From a virus: 27,189 nucleotides of DNA. How positions within the stretch are numbered: the stretch's first letter is position 1; each line of letters starts with the position of its first letter. Made by a program: the position numbers and the translations under genes. The notes beneath the pieces were generated by a model, which saw only the letters and a list, made by a program, of their open reading frames with translations, was not told the origin of the DNA and ran no database searches. This document shows positions 26,484 to 27,189 of the stretch, piece by piece. The DNA lies in the UHGV virus genome UHGV-0126599; one strand, given 5' to 3'.

Positions 26484-26646
26484 GTGACCTCCGCGCTTTC
26501 AGGCGATCCCATTTCACCTGGGTCAGTCGCGCGGTGTAGCCGAGCAGTGATGGGATTTCGGATGGCTTGAGTTCAGGCTTGCGCTTAGTGCGTGTCCGGA
26601 CCCGGTAGATTTCGTTGGTGATGATGCGAGCGAGAGGGCTAGCCAT
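26476..26646 (-). CDS. ninE: NinE-like small protein (56 aa)
   Basis: Hand-translated ORF, not in the track: [61 protein letters not shown]-coupled to ninB and overlapping the ybcO start. Confidence 0.55.
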   Translation of the reverse strand: MASPLARIITNEIYRVRTRTKRKPELKPSEIPSLLGYTARLTQVKWDRLKARRSHG

Positions 26647-27083
26647 TACGCAACCCTCCCGAAGTAATCACCTGAGTAGCGAACTTCACGGAGTTGCACG
26701 CCGTTTTGCACAGCAAATGCCTGGCTGTATTCGATGAGACTGGTCATGCGACGGATGCCCATCTTCGCAGTGCTTTCCCGGATGGCGCAGAACTCCCCTT
26801 CCAGACCCGGCACCACTTCACCAGGCTTACCGGTGGCAATGGCATGGCCTGAGACATACAGGACTTTCCATGAAGCGAGGTCGCGCGACTTGCCAGCCCA
26901 TTGCAATTGCTTCGCTGTATCGCCACAGAGAGCGTGGAAGAGGTCGTTTTGGGCGAGAGTGCGGTCAGCCTCAGAAAACTTCACCACGAGCGGCAGAGCG
27001 TCGTTAACGGGCAGCTTCCTGATGTAGTCGATGAGGTTATCGCGAACGCGTTCGTCGCGGAGGTAGAAAACAGGCTGTTTCAT
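26646..27083 (-). CDS. ninB: NinB recombination protein (Orf family)
   Basis: MKQPVFYLRDERVRDNLIDYIRKLPVNDALPLVVKFSEADRTLAQNDLFHALCGD...WKVLY resembles lambda NinB; ATG at 27083 with GGAGGT RBS; the ORF-track start at 27131 is rejected. Confidence 0.85.
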   Translation of the reverse strand: MKQPVFYLRDERVRDNLIDYIRKLPVNDALPLVVKFSEADRTLAQNDLFHALCGDTAKQLQWAGKSRDLASWKVLYVSGHAIATGKPGEVVPGLEGEFCAIRESTAKMGIRRMTSLIEYSQAFAVQNGVQLREVRYSGDYFGRVA

Positions 27084-27189
27084 ACGCCACCTCCGAGAGG
27101 TAACGCAGAATGCAGAAAATCGCAGGTGCATTTCTGCATCTGTGACAAGGTGAGAAGTTCATATTGTGGTCGCATTTAAGTCCCCTTAA

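Noticed and set aside
1-27189. CRISPR arrays, rRNA genes, integrase or transposase
   Set aside because: No spaced direct-repeat arrays, no rRNA-like sequence, and no tyrosine recombinase or transposase ORF is present; the only recombinase is the serine invertase.

Overview
This window is almost entirely the late/structural half of a mosaic temperate-phage genome (prophage), transcribed right-to-left on the minus strand, abutting a host yciI-like gene at the left edge (185-481). From right to left: a lambdoid nin-region remnant (ninB, ninE, ybcO, rusA, ylcG-like), a Q-type late antiterminator, a candidate late promoter with two intrinsic terminators, a lambda-type lysis cassette (dual-start holin, GH24 lysozyme, Rz with embedded Rz1), a KilA-N domain gene, small and large terminase, portal, Mu-F-like head morphogenesis protein, protease/scaffold, major capsid and head-tail connector genes, then a Mu-like contractile tail (sheath, tube, chaperone with a predicted -1 frameshift extension, tape measure, baseplate). 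The left end carries an invertible tail-fibre host-range switch with two hix/gix-like crossover sites and a Hin/Gin/Pin/Cin-family invertase. The most interesting element is an AT-rich two-gene insertion (6291-7096) between the baseplate hub and spike genes: a signal-peptide periplasmic protein plus a membrane-anchored protein whose Cys-rich C-terminus is a diverged copy of the C-terminus of the phage's own F-like head protein, followed by its own intrinsic terminator. All calls rest on reading the six-frame translations and the DNA by eye; no database search was run, so family assignments are recollection-based and start codons are best guesses from RBS and overlap context.
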